Part shown: positions 1 to 8,414 of the stretch, one piece after another
How positions within the stretch are numbered: the stretch's first letter is position 1
Layout: each line of letters opens with the position of its first letter
IMG/VR virus record: IMGVR_UViG_3300038393_000726
Coordinates: 1-41,178 of that record
Length of the DNA: 41,178 bases
DNA from: a virus
Lineage: Duplodnaviria; Caudoviricetes
Strand: one strand, 5' to 3'
Translations under genes and position numbers: made by a program
The notes under the pieces: generated by a model
Told to the model about the DNA's origin: nothing
The model's input: the letters and a program-made list of their open reading frames with translations, nothing else
Databases searched by the model: none

Positions 1-49
1 ATCGGGCTAGCTCAAAGGCGCGTTCCAAGGACGTGGTGTGTGGCTTCAT
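1..49 (-). CDS. 5' part of a small hypothetical protein (MKPHTTSLERAFELAR..., runs off the left edge); possible passenger gene of an inserted element
   Basis: ATG at 49 on the minus strand; LERAFELAR resembles, from memory, the N-terminus of a small alphaproteobacterial protein family; TTGTCG-N18-TATATG upstream. Confidence 0.45.
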   Translation of the reverse strand, partial: MKPHTTSLERAFELAR

Positions 50-109
50 ACCGCTAAGCATATAGATGTTCGCGGTCGCTCGCGACAACGGCTTTCGCCG
101 CGTCAAATT

Positions 110-127
110 TCAAACTGAGACACTACC
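110..127 (-). mobile_element. Probable terminal inverted repeat of an insertion element (GGTAGTGTCTCAGTTTGA), possibly IS1595-type
   Basis: Coincides with the point where the MotA-like frame is cut (in-frame TGA at 116-118); resemblance to IS ends is from recall, and the other end is outside the window. Confidence 0.4.
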
Positions 128-370
128 GGGAAAACCGATCACTTGGAGGAGGCTGAAAAGCAACTTACCGGCCTCGGGTTCATCGGCACACTCACAGGCT
201 TCATCATGGCCCTAATTCCCTTGGCAGATGGCTCGATGGGCACGCCAGAGGCAGCGGCGCATATCTTCAGCGGCCTGCTGTCTGGCATTGGCGTCGCCTT
301 CTGCGCATCGCTGGTTGGTGTCATCTGCGCCCAATGGCTGGGCCTGCTTCGCTGGCTGATCGGGGAATAG
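128..370 (+). pseudogene. C-terminal half of a MotA/TolQ/ExbB proton-channel family protein, 5' truncated
   Basis: LGFIGTLTGFIMAL and GIGVAFCASLVG match the two conserved C-terminal TM helices of the family; N-terminal part absent, upstream in-frame stop at 116-118. Confidence 0.65.
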
Positions 371-374
371 CCCC

Positions 375-932
375 ATGTGGCGGCTCTTCAACAGCATGCG
401 TGACATGTATTCGAATGTCACGCTCATCCTCGCCGTCATCGTTGTGATCGTGCTGACGCAAGTCAATCCCAAGGTGAAGCCATCCGAGGAGAGCGCCAAG
501 CCTCCTGGCGACCTCATGGTCTGCATATCGTGGGCCGGCAACAATGATGTTGACCTATGGGGCACGGCGCCGGGCCAAAAAGTCGCGACCGGCTACGCGA
601 ACAAGAACGGCGAGGTTCTGGACCTTGTGCGCGATGACCTCGGCAAGGATGCGCTCTCGCGCCCGCGCTTGGAGTGCCAGTTCGCCCGGGGTCTTCCTGA
701 TGGCCGCTGGGTGTTCAATCTGCACGGCTTCTCGATCAATGATCCCGAGGTCAAGGTGCATGCCGAAATCAGGCTTGGCGATGAGTTGGGCTATCACCTT
801 CTCCTCGAACGCGATCTGACGATCAAGCACAAGCAGGAAAGAACGATCGCGCAATTCCAGTTGCGTGACGGGAAGGTTGTCCCAGGTTCGGTGAACGAAG
901 TTTTCGTTCCACTGCGGAGCGCCGGGGCATGA
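375..932 (+). CDS. Single-pass membrane protein with periplasmic beta domain (partner of the MotA-like protein)
   Basis: Asp just before an N-terminal TM (RDMYSNVTLILAVIVVIVL); W..NNDVDLW and LDLVRDDLG motifs; directly follows the MotA-like gene. Confidence 0.65.
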   Translation: MWRLFNSMRDMYSNVTLILAVIVVIVLTQVNPKVKPSEESAKPPGDLMVCISWAGNNDVDLWGTAPGQKVATGYANKNGEVLDLVRDDLGKDALSRPRLECQFARGLPDGRWVFNLHGFSINDPEVKVHAEIRLGDELGYHLLLERDLTIKHKQERTIAQFQLRDGKVVPGSVNEVFVPLRSAGA

Positions 933-1018
933 TCTGGGCTGCGGTCGCATTCCTGGCATTCTTCACTGCCTGCGTGATCTTCAGCGCAGTGGGTCTCTGG
1001 CTCATGGGTGATGAATGA
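929..1018 (+). CDS. 29-aa single-TM peptide MIWAAVAFLAFFTACVIFSAVGLWLMGDE (below ORF-track cutoff)
   Basis: ATGA overlaps with both upstream and downstream genes; hydrophobic helix. Confidence 0.65.
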   Translation: MIWAAVAFLAFFTACVIFSAVGLWLMGDE

Positions 1019-1455
1019 CCCTCTTGGCCTCGACTTGGCTTCTCCTCGCCGTGGTAATGTGCGGCTTTGCCTGGATGGCGGGGAAGCGTCTGGCGGCCAT
1101 ATCCCTTCCTCTAGCCGTCGCTCTCGCCGCGCTGGCGATCTACATCCCGCTCGGAATGCCCATCCCCCACTCCCCAAAGCCGGGGCACTATACGGTGCTT
1201 GGCGCCAAGATCATCGTTAATGTCGGCATATGGGTTCTGCTTGACGATGGCGCTGGCGAACCCCGCTATTACCGATTGCCCTACAGCGCTTCACAAGCGA
1301 ACGAGCTGCAAGGCGCGCAAGATACAGGCCAAGGCCAACCCGGCTCCGTCAAAATGGAAGTCGGCCAGGATGGCGGTGAGCAGTTCGACGGGCCGCCACC
1401 TGTGACTGGAGAACCTCCGAAGGTTCCCGAGCAGCCGGCCGTTTCTATTCCCTAA
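1015..1455 (+). CDS. Two-TM membrane protein with C-terminal soluble domain
   Basis: Two hydrophobic helices, GEPRYYRLPYS motif, translational coupling. Confidence 0.7.
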   Translation: MTLLASTWLLLAVVMCGFAWMAGKRLAAISLPLAVALAALAIYIPLGMPIPHSPKPGHYTVLGAKIIVNVGIWVLLDDGAGEPRYYRLPYSASQANELQGAQDTGQGQPGSVKMEVGQDGGEQFDGPPPVTGEPPKVPEQPAVSIP

Positions 1456-1487
1456 ACCCTTCCCGTCAACAGCCTTATGGGATCATC

Positions 1488-2531
1488 ATGAATGTGGACG
1501 GTGTTACGACAACGCCGCCGGAAGGCTTGCTCCGGCTACGCGTCCTTCTCCCCGAATTCACGAGGCCAGATGGAAGCCTGAACGTCAGAGGCATTGCTAG
1601 AGCGCTTGGCATCTCCCGATGCACCGTCCCGCGCTGGAAAGCCAAGATCGACGAGGAAGACAGGCAGGCGGCTCAAATCGCCTACACCCCAGACATCCCG
1701 GATATGGATAGCATCGAGGAACCCAAGCCTCGGGTCCGCGTCCGGGCCTATAATCCCAATGTGACGCGCGACTTGCCAGTTCGGCGCGTCATCGGGATCG
1801 GCGATACTCACGTTGCGCCAGGGATGGATCTGACGCATTTCACATGGATCGGACGCCACGTTGCGGCAAGGAAGCCCGACAACGTGGTCCATTTCGGTGA
1901 CTTCAACGACTTCGAGAGCTGCGAATTTCATAGCATGCCAGGGTCCGGGGCCCAGAAGCGACGCCCTACATTCAGCGAGGACATCGAGGCCGGATATGAT
2001 GCCCTCGAACTGTATCACAAAGAGGTCGGCGTCGGGGAAATCCCCCACGACGAAATAGACGGGAATCATGAGTTCCGCGTCGAACGCTACGAGGAGATGG
2101 CACCAAATCTTGCTGGGTCTCTAGTCGTCCAGCGAGAGCAGATGTTCGCTCGTTACCGTTGGCGGACAACCCCCTATCGCCATTGGCTATTCCTGGAAGG
2201 CGTCGGGATGACGCACGTTCCACACACCATAATGAATAAGCCTATTGGCGGCCGGTATCCGGAAAACACGATCGGCAATCAAGCAACCCACAGTATATGC
2301 TTCGCGCACACGCACCGCTTCAACCATGTGACCGTCCCCAAGATCGGCATCAATAATTCAATTACCGTGACCAATGTGGGATCGGCGATGCCGTGGGGAT
2401 ACGTTGCCAAGTATGCCGAAGGCGCCACAACCGGCCTGACATACGGGATTGTCGAGATGACATTCCGTGGAGGCCGGGTTGAGGAATGCGCGCTCATCTC
2501 CATGCTCGAACTGGAACGCCGCTACAAATGA
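1488..2531 (+). CDS. Calcineurin-like metallophosphoesterase with N-terminal HTH
   Basis: IGDTH, HFGDFND, GNHE, THVPH and AHTH motifs; NVRGIARALGISRCTVPRW HTH. Confidence 0.85.
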   Translation: MNVDGVTTTPPEGLLRLRVLLPEFTRPDGSLNVRGIARALGISRCTVPRWKAKIDEEDRQAAQIAYTPDIPDMDSIEEPKPRVRVRAYNPNVTRDLPVRRVIGIGDTHVAPGMDLTHFTWIGRHVAARKPDNVVHFGDFNDFESCEFHSMPGSGAQKRRPTFSEDIEAGYDALELYHKEVGVGEIPHDEIDGNHEFRVERYEEMAPNLAGSLVVQREQMFARYRWRTTPYRHWLFLEGVGMTHVPHTIMNKPIGGRYPENTIGNQATHSICFAHTHRFNHVTVPKIGINNSITVTNVGSAMPWGYVAKYAEGATTGLTYGIVEMTFRGGRVEECALISMLELERRYK

Positions 2532-2716
2532 CCAGAAAAGCCTACATCGCCGTCGATATGCGCGGCGATCAGCCAAGGTACGAGCTGATTACCCGCGTCG
2601 ATTATATCGATGCAGAGGGCAACGCGCATTGCGAGTTGAGCCCCATCGAAAACCTAGAACTTGGCCTTAACGCATCGAGTGCGGCAAGATGGGCGATACC
2701 AGCTCGGAAGAAGTGA
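2528..2716 (+). CDS. Hypothetical protein
   Basis: ATGA overlap with upstream stop. Confidence 0.6.
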   Translation: MTRKAYIAVDMRGDQPRYELITRVDYIDAEGNAHCELSPIENLELGLNASSAARWAIPARKK

Positions 2717-2865
2717 CCTTCGACCAGATCGACGCGCTCGCCCGCGCCCTGTTTCATAAAGCCGACGCCACGACCCTGTGGTGTGCCCTCGATCATCCGA
2801 CACAACTGTACTGGAGGAAGATGGCTGCTCGGAAGCTTCAGGAAGCCATACGCAAATCCGCATAG
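2713..2865 (+). CDS. Hypothetical 50-aa protein (MTFDQIDALARALF...)
   Basis: GTGA overlap with upstream stop; last gene before convergent genes. Confidence 0.55.
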   Translation: MTFDQIDALARALFHKADATTLWCALDHPTQLYWRKMAARKLQEAIRKSA

Positions 2866-2895
2866 ACTTCGGTTATACGCTCTCGCGTATCTGGG

Positions 2896-2997
2896 TCACC
2901 ACCATCCCATCCACTGCCCGAACCCCACTGCGCATCCTGCTATAAGGGCGAGGGGGAGCATGGCGATTACGAGGCGGGCGTTAGGTCTTAGGCGCAT
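2896..2997 (-). CDS. 33-aa membrane or lipo-peptide MRLRPNARLVIAMLPLALIAGCAVGFGQWMGWW
   Basis: Basic N-terminus, hydrophobic core, IAGC lipobox-like motif; weak SD. Confidence 0.4.
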   Translation of the reverse strand: MRLRPNARLVIAMLPLALIAGCAVGFGQWMGWW

Positions 2998-3217
2998 CGG
3001 GGTTGTCCTGGCGGATTATGCGCTCAATCGTCCTGGCTGCCAGCGAGAAGCCAGAATCGCCGCCATCATCGAAGCCGGCCGCGATCAGCCTGCACCGCTC
3101 ACGTTCTGCCTTGAGCGCTTTGGCGATGGCGTCTGCGATGACGGGATTATGCATGGACAATGAAGCCATTACCTTGTCAGCCTTGACACGGATATCCTCA
3201 GGTATCTCACTCGTCAT
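2981..3217 (-). CDS. Hypothetical phage protein
   Basis: AGAGGA SD; IAKALKAERERC pattern typical of small phage proteins. Confidence 0.7.
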   Translation of the reverse strand: MTSEIPEDIRVKADKVMASLSMHNPVIADAIAKALKAERERCRLIAAGFDDGGDSGFSLAARTIERIIRQDNPDAPKT

Positions 3218-3220
3218 GGT

Positions 3221-3460
3221 CTATATCCTCTCTTGATGGGGACCGGACGAATAACCTTTCGCTACATAGTCCTTGAAGCGAGGACGGTATTCGACTTCAC
3301 GCCATTTGCCCGCGTGGCGACCGTTGGTGCAATCGATCATGCGCTTTTTAACCCAGCGCTCGCCGCATTCACGGCAGGCAGTTGGCTGCCTCTCGTAGAC
3401 ATCGGCGGCATCGGTGTGCCCGTTTCCGCATCGGAATTCGTTGTAGCCTTCGAAGCTCAT
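3221..3460 (-). CDS. Small zinc-ribbon-like protein
   Basis: CGNGH...CREC motif; GGGAG SD. Confidence 0.65.
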   Translation of the reverse strand: MSFEGYNEFRCGNGHTDAADVYERQPTACRECGERWVKKRMIDCTNGRHAGKWREVEYRPRFKDYVAKGYSSGPHQERI

Positions 3461-3490
3461 CTCATTCTCCCAGCATGGTATCTGTAGACG

Positions 3491-3961
3491 CTAAAGGCGA
3501 GGGGGTGTCTGCGCTTCGAGAAATTCCCAAGCAAGCTTGTTCCATTCGGCGTCAGCATAGGCGTGGTGTTCGAGGGCGCATTGCTCAGGAAGACGAGGAT
3601 TGCCAAGGTCCATTGCCTTCTGCTTGATGTCCCGGCAGAACATCGGCCAGCCTTTCGGCAGGTCTATCATTCGTCCGTAAAGCTGGCAGAGCGCCACCCA
3701 GTCGTAATCGGCATAGTATGCCCAGAACTCAGGCGCCTCGCCCGCGAACTCCACGATCTGCTTCGCGATCTCCGCGCGCGGCGTAGTCTTGCCGGTTAGG
3801 TGGGCGATGACGTTCGTCTTCACCCACTCATCGGCTCGGCTGTGATCTGTCTCCGCAACCTCCGCATAGTAGCCCTTGCCGTCCTCTCGAATCATGCCGA
3901 TGGACAGCATCTCGATGGTCTTCCCATCTTCGATAAATTCCGTGTCAAACCAGATGCGCAA
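3491..3961 (-). CDS. DEDDh 3'-5' exoribonuclease (Rv2179c-like)
   Basis: WFDTEF, YYADYDWV and HHAYADA motifs; TTG start with GGAG SD. Confidence 0.85.
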   Translation of the reverse strand: MRIWFDTEFIEDGKTIEMLSIGMIREDGKGYYAEVAETDHSRADEWVKTNVIAHLTGKTTPRAEIAKQIVEFAGEAPEFWAYYADYDWVALCQLYGRMIDLPKGWPMFCRDIKQKAMDLGNPRLPEQCALEHHAYADAEWNKLAWEFLEAQTPPRL

Positions 3962-3972
3962 GGCTGGGTTCT

Positions 3973-4190
3973 CCGTTTACAGTTGGGGCAAATTCCCAAG
4001 TCTGTTGACGGGTCCGGTTTACAGTTTCAAAGACCGCATACCCGCAGAATTCCGGGCTTTGCTTCGGGCCTTCTAAGCCGATGGTCGCAGGTTCGAATCC
4101 TGCCGGGATCGCCAACAAATTCAAGTAGTTAGATACCATATTTGCCGCTTGAAGACCAGCAATTTTGGCCGTTTTACATTCCGTTTTACA
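3973..4190. repeat. Integrase arm-type binding repeats GTT(T)TACA
   Basis: Copies at about 3973-3982, 4016-4024, 4169-4178 and 4181-4190, two on each side of the tRNA-derived core. Confidence 0.65.
4067..4114 (+). other. attP: attP core: 3' portion of tRNA-Arg(TCT)
   Basis: GGCCTTCTAAGCCG anticodon arm, GCAGGTTCGAATCCTGC T-arm, acceptor 3' strand ending CCA; no D-arm or 5' half; next to the integrase 3' end. Confidence 0.85.
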
Positions 4191-4201
4191 GATTTCGTTC
4201 C

Positions 4202-5233
4202 TCATGGGTTCCGTTCCATGCGGAGAATGACGGCATCGCTCATGTCCTGATCGTCGGCCAGGTAGTGCTTTTCCAGCACCGTTTTGACCTCGCTTGTCGA
4301 ATGCCCGGATATCTTGGCGATGTTCTCGACGCTAGATCCTTCCCGCGCCCGTTCGGTGATGAACGTCCCGCGCAGATCGTGGAATGTCACGTCCCCGATC
4401 TTCAGGCGAGCGCACTCCTTCCCCCACGATGTTTTGAAGCCGTCCTTCGTCCATGGCCGGCCGCGCGAATTGAGCAGGATGCGCAGCTTGTCCTTCGGCA
4501 GTGGGTCGAGCATTGCCTTTAGCTTCGAGTGGACGCGGACCTTTAGCCGTTTGTCGGTCTTCGACTGACGGAACTGGAGGTAGATCCCGTCGTAGTCCTT
4601 CCACGAAAGCGAAAGCATGTCACCCTGCCGCTGTCCGGTGTGCAGGGCCATTTCGAATGCGAGCAGAAGATGGGCCGGAGCGCCAGCACGGAAAGCCTTG
4701 ATCTGCGCCTGTGACCACACGCTATCGCGCCTGGAGCCGGTGTACAGCCTTTCAATTCCGGTGCATGGGTTCTTCTCAATGCGCTCGTCGGCTATCGCGT
4801 AGGAAAACACCTTGGACAGAGAGAACAGCAGCTTGTCGGCCTTGCGGGGGTTAGCGGCGAAGCTCCTGTGCCATTTCCTTATCTCGGCCTTCATACCCTT
4901 CTGCTGGGTCAGCTTCGCCGGCAGGCTCGGCCACTTGTCCTTGATGAGCCGGAAGGCATAGAGATGGTCGGTCTGCGTCGTCTCGGCCAGCGCGAGGAAA
5001 TCGGGATTGCGCTTATCCTCCGGGCCGGTGAAGCGATCGATCAGGCTGGCGAGCGTCTCGACAACCTGTGGCGTTGCAGCGGCCTTGTGCTTCGCATATT
5101 CCAATGCGAAGGCTTCCGTCCTCGGCGCCGACATCATGCGCGGGCCACCACGCCAAGCGTAATAGTAGACGCCAGTCGTGCCATCCGCCAGTTTGCGCTT
5201 GACCTTGTGGATGCCCTTAATTTTCACGAGCAC
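4202..5233 (-). CDS. int: Tyrosine integrase
   Basis: HTGQRQGD (catalytic R), FHDLRGT (HxxR), ISGHS and KHY; N-terminal YYYAWRGGPR arm-binding region. Confidence 0.95.
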   Translation of the reverse strand: MLVKIKGIHKVKRKLADGTTGVYYYAWRGGPRMMSAPRTEAFALEYAKHKAAATPQVVETLASLIDRFTGPEDKRNPDFLALAETTQTDHLYAFRLIKDKWPSLPAKLTQQKGMKAEIRKWHRSFAANPRKADKLLFSLSKVFSYAIADERIEKNPCTGIERLYTGSRRDSVWSQAQIKAFRAGAPAHLLLAFEMALHTGQRQGDMLSLSWKDYDGIYLQFRQSKTDKRLKVRVHSKLKAMLDPLPKDKLRILLNSRGRPWTKDGFKTSWGKECARLKIGDVTFHDLRGTFITERAREGSSVENIAKISGHSTSEVKTVLEKHYLADDQDMSDAVILRMERNP

Positions 5234-5456
5234 CGCTCCTGTCCCTCCACGCTAGATATTCATCCAGCGTGTCAAAGGCTTCGGGGTTCGGCGCGGCGTC
5301 AATTGGCTTGATTCCCTGTGGAAGAATTGCGCGTTCTTCGGGGACAAGCATTACCCAGGTGTTGCCAATCTGAACGAATGGTGCATAGCCGGCCGCCTTC
5401 GCGCCTTTGCATAGGGCGGTGATCTGTTTTTGCTTCAGATCGATCGGCTTGCTCAT
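5217..5456 (-). CDS. Hypothetical protein overlapping int start (excisionase position)
   Basis: ATG at 5456 coupled to upstream stop; function inferred from position only. Confidence 0.55.
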   Translation of the reverse strand: MSKPIDLKQKQITALCKGAKAAGYAPFVQIGNTWVMLVPEERAILPQGIKPIDAAPNPEAFDTLDEYLAWRDRSGAREN

Positions 5457-6100
5457 TCCTGCCCCTCCCGCTCGGAGACGGCGGCAGGCAGCTCGATTTC
5501 GATGGCGTCGCCGCCATATCTCGGGAAGACATCGCCACCCATCGCCTGCCAGCCTGTAGCGACGCGAGTCCAATATCCGCCGATGGACGAATAGGCTTTG
5601 GTTCCGATGGGGTAGTCTCCAACGCGCAATCGCGTGTCCGCCACATCCTCTGCCGGTACCGCCTGTGTCGGCTCCGCTCCTGATGGAACTACGGATGCGA
5701 GGGCGGAGAGGATGCGCTGTTCGAAGTCGGCTTGTGCGGCGGCCTTGGCGGCTTGGAACGATGCGCATTCAGTCCGCTCCGGGTCTTTGCCATAGATTGA
5801 CTTCTTCAGGATGGCCGACCCGTCAATGCGCGTCGAGATAATGTACGTTCCCGCCAGCCAATCAGCTATGTGAAGCGTTCTCTCGGATTCCCACTCCAGC
5901 GGCTTCACCACCGCCTTCCCCGCTTCCGGTGCGGAACGGGCGGCGTAGAGGGGTATGACGCGGTGTTGTGCGCGGGCTTCTTCGTTGGCCCAAAACTCAG
6001 GCTTGCGAGGGTCATACTTCTCGATCAGCATGACACTCCGTTTGGTGCCATCGAGCCTTTCGGTGATGAACGCAGCCGGCTCCAGATCGGGGATGGTCAT
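5453..6100 (-). CDS. Hypothetical mosaic phage protein
   Basis: VKPLEW and AAKAAAQADFEQRILSAL segments typical of alphaproteobacterial phage early proteins; coupled. Confidence 0.7.
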   Translation of the reverse strand: MTIPDLEPAAFITERLDGTKRSVMLIEKYDPRKPEFWANEEARAQHRVIPLYAARSAPEAGKAVVKPLEWESERTLHIADWLAGTYIISTRIDGSAILKKSIYGKDPERTECASFQAAKAAAQADFEQRILSALASVVPSGAEPTQAVPAEDVADTRLRVGDYPIGTKAYSSIGGYWTRVATGWQAMGGDVFPRYGGDAIEIELPAAVSEREGQE

Positions 6101-6513
6101 GGCGATGGCTCCTGTGCTGTTCGGAAGAGCAGTTTCGGCGGCAGCGGGGTTTTGGTCTGCTGGCGCGGCTGTTTGTCGGCCTTCGGAAAGGGCGCCGAAC
6201 GGATCTTGCCGGCAGGCTTCGTGAGGCCGAGATGCTTGGCCATGTTCTGGTTTGTCTTCGCCCTGATCGCGGCCTCGACCTTCGTCTTGCGCTTGTGGGC
6301 CTCGCCTAGAACTGCATGGAGATTGGTTTCACGGTTGGCGCCACCAAGCCATAGCGGGGTGATGTGATCGAACTCGATCTTGTCGCCGGGGACGAAGACA
6401 TGGCCGGTCAACGCGCACTTTCCTTCCTGGCGGGCAAGGATGCGAAGTTGGCACGACTTCGGCGGCCGTGCATCGTCGCTTTTGGCGATCCACTCCTTTA
6501 CCGTTCGAGCCAT
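6097..6513 (-). CDS. HNH endonuclease
   Basis: EFDHITPLWLGGANRETNL...H motif. Confidence 0.85.
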   Translation of the reverse strand: MARTVKEWIAKSDDARPPKSCQLRILARQEGKCALTGHVFVPGDKIEFDHITPLWLGGANRETNLHAVLGEAHKRKTKVEAAIRAKTNQNMAKHLGLTKPAGKIRSAPFPKADKQPRQQTKTPLPPKLLFRTAQEPSP

Positions 6514-6686
6514 CACATCTTCTCCAATTCTGCTTCTAACTCCTCTGCCAGTTCGCCTTGGAGACGGAGGGATTCTAGGAATTGCACTTGGTCATAGAGG
6601 CGATTGTGGAGAGCGGTGAATGCAGGCGACCGCGAAGGTGAGCGGCGCACATGAGCTGCAACCTGGACTTGGCGTTCGCGGGTCAT
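6513..6686 (-). CDS. Hypothetical 57-aa protein (MTRERQVQVAAHVRR...)
   Basis: Fills the gap with stop/start overlaps on both sides. Confidence 0.6.
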   Translation of the reverse strand: MTRERQVQVAAHVRRSPSRSPAFTALHNRLYDQVQFLESLRLQGELAEELEAELEKM

Positions 6687-7084
6687 GCAGCTCTCCTGCT
6701 TTCGGGATCAGTCCACATGACGCCGTGGCGCGTTCCGTATTCGTCAATGACCGTGATCAGGTCGGCCATCTGGCGGACTGAGAGGCGAGACGATCGGAAG
6801 CCAAGCGGGAATGGTCCTGAATTATCTAGCCCTTCACAGAATTGCACCTGATGGCCGAGAACGTGCATGAAAGCCGCCTTCCATGTCTCTGGCGTCCAGT
6901 GGCGTCCTTCGGGCTTGGCGCGGCTGATGTCGGACAACATCGCCCACATCTTTGCGTTCTGTTCGCCGCTGCGGCTTTCTTCCCGAATGGTGACGATCGC
7001 ATTCGAAGGCGCGCGGTCGATAAGCTGCTTGGCTACAGCGCGCTGAGAATTGCCGCTGAGGATCACGGTCTGGGCCACGCTCAA
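6683..7084 (-). CDS. ninB: NinB/Orf-family recombination protein
   Basis: RSGEQNAKMWAMLSDIS, WK..F and SSRLSVRQMADLI motifs. Confidence 0.85.
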   Translation of the reverse strand: MSVAQTVILSGNSQRAVAKQLIDRAPSNAIVTIREESRSGEQNAKMWAMLSDISRAKPEGRHWTPETWKAAFMHVLGHQVQFCEGLDNSGPFPLGFRSSRLSVRQMADLITVIDEYGTRHGVMWTDPESRRAA

Positions 7085-7728
7085 CCTCCCATCACGCTTT
7101 GGACGAATTGGTTTTTGAGGATTTCTGACCGGCGGTCGTAGTTGCGGATCGTCTCGACCATCGCCTCAAGCTCATCGTTGAAGCGGTCGATCTCGCCGGC
7201 CATGTTCTTGATGTAGATGTCGTCTCGGAACACGCGCACCGTGAGCAGCGGCAATCCCGGCCAGTAACTCACAAAATCCCACCAGTCGCGCTCTGCAAGC
7301 CATATGTTGCCCTGGACCTGAGCCTTATGTTCCGTCGGCAAGGTCCCGCTAAGCAGTCGCTCGATCTGAATATCTGGGAGGGCGGTCTTAATCTCTAGAC
7401 CGCCCTCCTTGCCGACTAGGCTGTCTGGGCTGGCACCTTTCTTGCCGTTGCGAATGAAGCCTACGCGGCGAATATCTGCATCATGGATAAAGGCGTACGT
7501 CTCGCGCGCCTCGTCTTCCATTTCCTTGCCTCGGTCCATGTGGCCGTTGCTGAAAGATTCCATCGGGGCGCCAGTCAAAATCTCTCCGGCTAGCTGGCGC
7601 ATATATTTCGAGCGGGTTTTCCCCTCACCCTTGGCCATGACAGTGGCAAACTTGGATGCAGTCGGAATTCCTGCCCTGCAAGAGAACCAGTCTTCTGAGC
7701 CTTGCTCGCAGTCGAAGATCTCGATCAT
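7081..7728 (-). CDS. YqaJ / lambda-exonuclease family
   Basis: QGSEDWFSCRAGIPTASKF, GASPDSLV, GLEIK and QVQGNIW motifs. Confidence 0.92.
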   Translation of the reverse strand: MIEIFDCEQGSEDWFSCRAGIPTASKFATVMAKGEGKTRSKYMRQLAGEILTGAPMESFSNGHMDRGKEMEDEARETYAFIHDADIRRVGFIRNGKKGASPDSLVGKEGGLEIKTALPDIQIERLLSGTLPTEHKAQVQGNIWLAERDWWDFVSYWPGLPLLTVRVFRDDIYIKNMAGEIDRFNDELEAMVETIRNYDRRSEILKNQFVQSVMGG

Positions 7729-8414
7729 GCCGGCACCCTTTTTGAAAGATGGTGCTTGGCGTTAGCCTTGACGGCCGGGTCCATATCGACCGACTTGAAG
7801 ACGATCCATTCCAGGTAGTCAGTCGGAACGTCGTCCCATTTCTTGCCCTTGTGTTTGGTCAGCGGGCAGCGAGGCAGAAGAGCGTGGCCATTTGACCAGC
7901 GTGCCATGTCCTCGAACGAACAGCGGTTTTCCTGAACGATCCGCTCCATCAGAAGTGCGCAGAGATAGGCGTCCGGCGCGGCCCTATGCGGCGGCTCAGC
8001 GAGCGCCCCTTGCGTTTGGAGTCCGAGATGATAGCGGAGGAACTGCAGCGAGTGCGACGGCGCGTCTGGCCAGAGGCGAAGCGCTACCTTCCATGTGCAG
8101 ATCAGCGGGCCAGGGAAACTGAAAAACTTGTCTTCATAGTCAGCATTGTGCGCGGCGAAATAGTCCGCATTGCCGATAAACGATATGTCGCCAGTCGCGC
8201 TCTCGACCATAGCGTCGGTGATATGGTGAACGGCCATGGCCTCGTGCGGGATGAGTCGGCCAGGATTGCAAAGGATGCTTCTAGGCCGCTCGACAAACAT
8301 TTTGCGATCGATGTCGTCAATGCCGAGATCGCACACGCCGATCTCGACAATCGCGTGCGGGTCTTCCGCAGTGGGAATTCCTGTTGTCTCGAAGTCTATG
8401 CAACGGATGATCAT
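7725..8414 (-). CDS. Exodeoxyribonuclease X-like DEDDh exonuclease
   Basis: IDFETTG, AHNADYE, HRAAPDAY; C-terminal KHKGKKWDDVPTDYLEW domain. Confidence 0.9.
   Translation of the reverse strand: MIIRCIDFETTGIPTAEDPHAIVEIGVCDLGIDDIDRKMFVERPRSILCNPGRLIPHEAMAVHHITDAMVESATGDISFIGNADYFAAHNADYEDKFFSFPGPLICTWKVALRLWPDAPSHSLQFLRYHLGLQTQGALAEPPHRAAPDAYLCALLMERIVQENRCSFEDMARWSNGHALLPRCPLTKHKGKKWDDVPTDYLEWIVFKSVDMDPAVKANAKHHLSKRVPA

Noticed and set aside
128-1455. Zorya defence system
   Set aside because: The partner lacks an OmpA-like domain, the MotA-like protein has no long tail, and no ZorC/D/E-like genes are present.
4040-4114. Complete tRNA-Arg gene
   Set aside because: No D-arm or 5' acceptor strand; only the 3' part is present, consistent with an att core.
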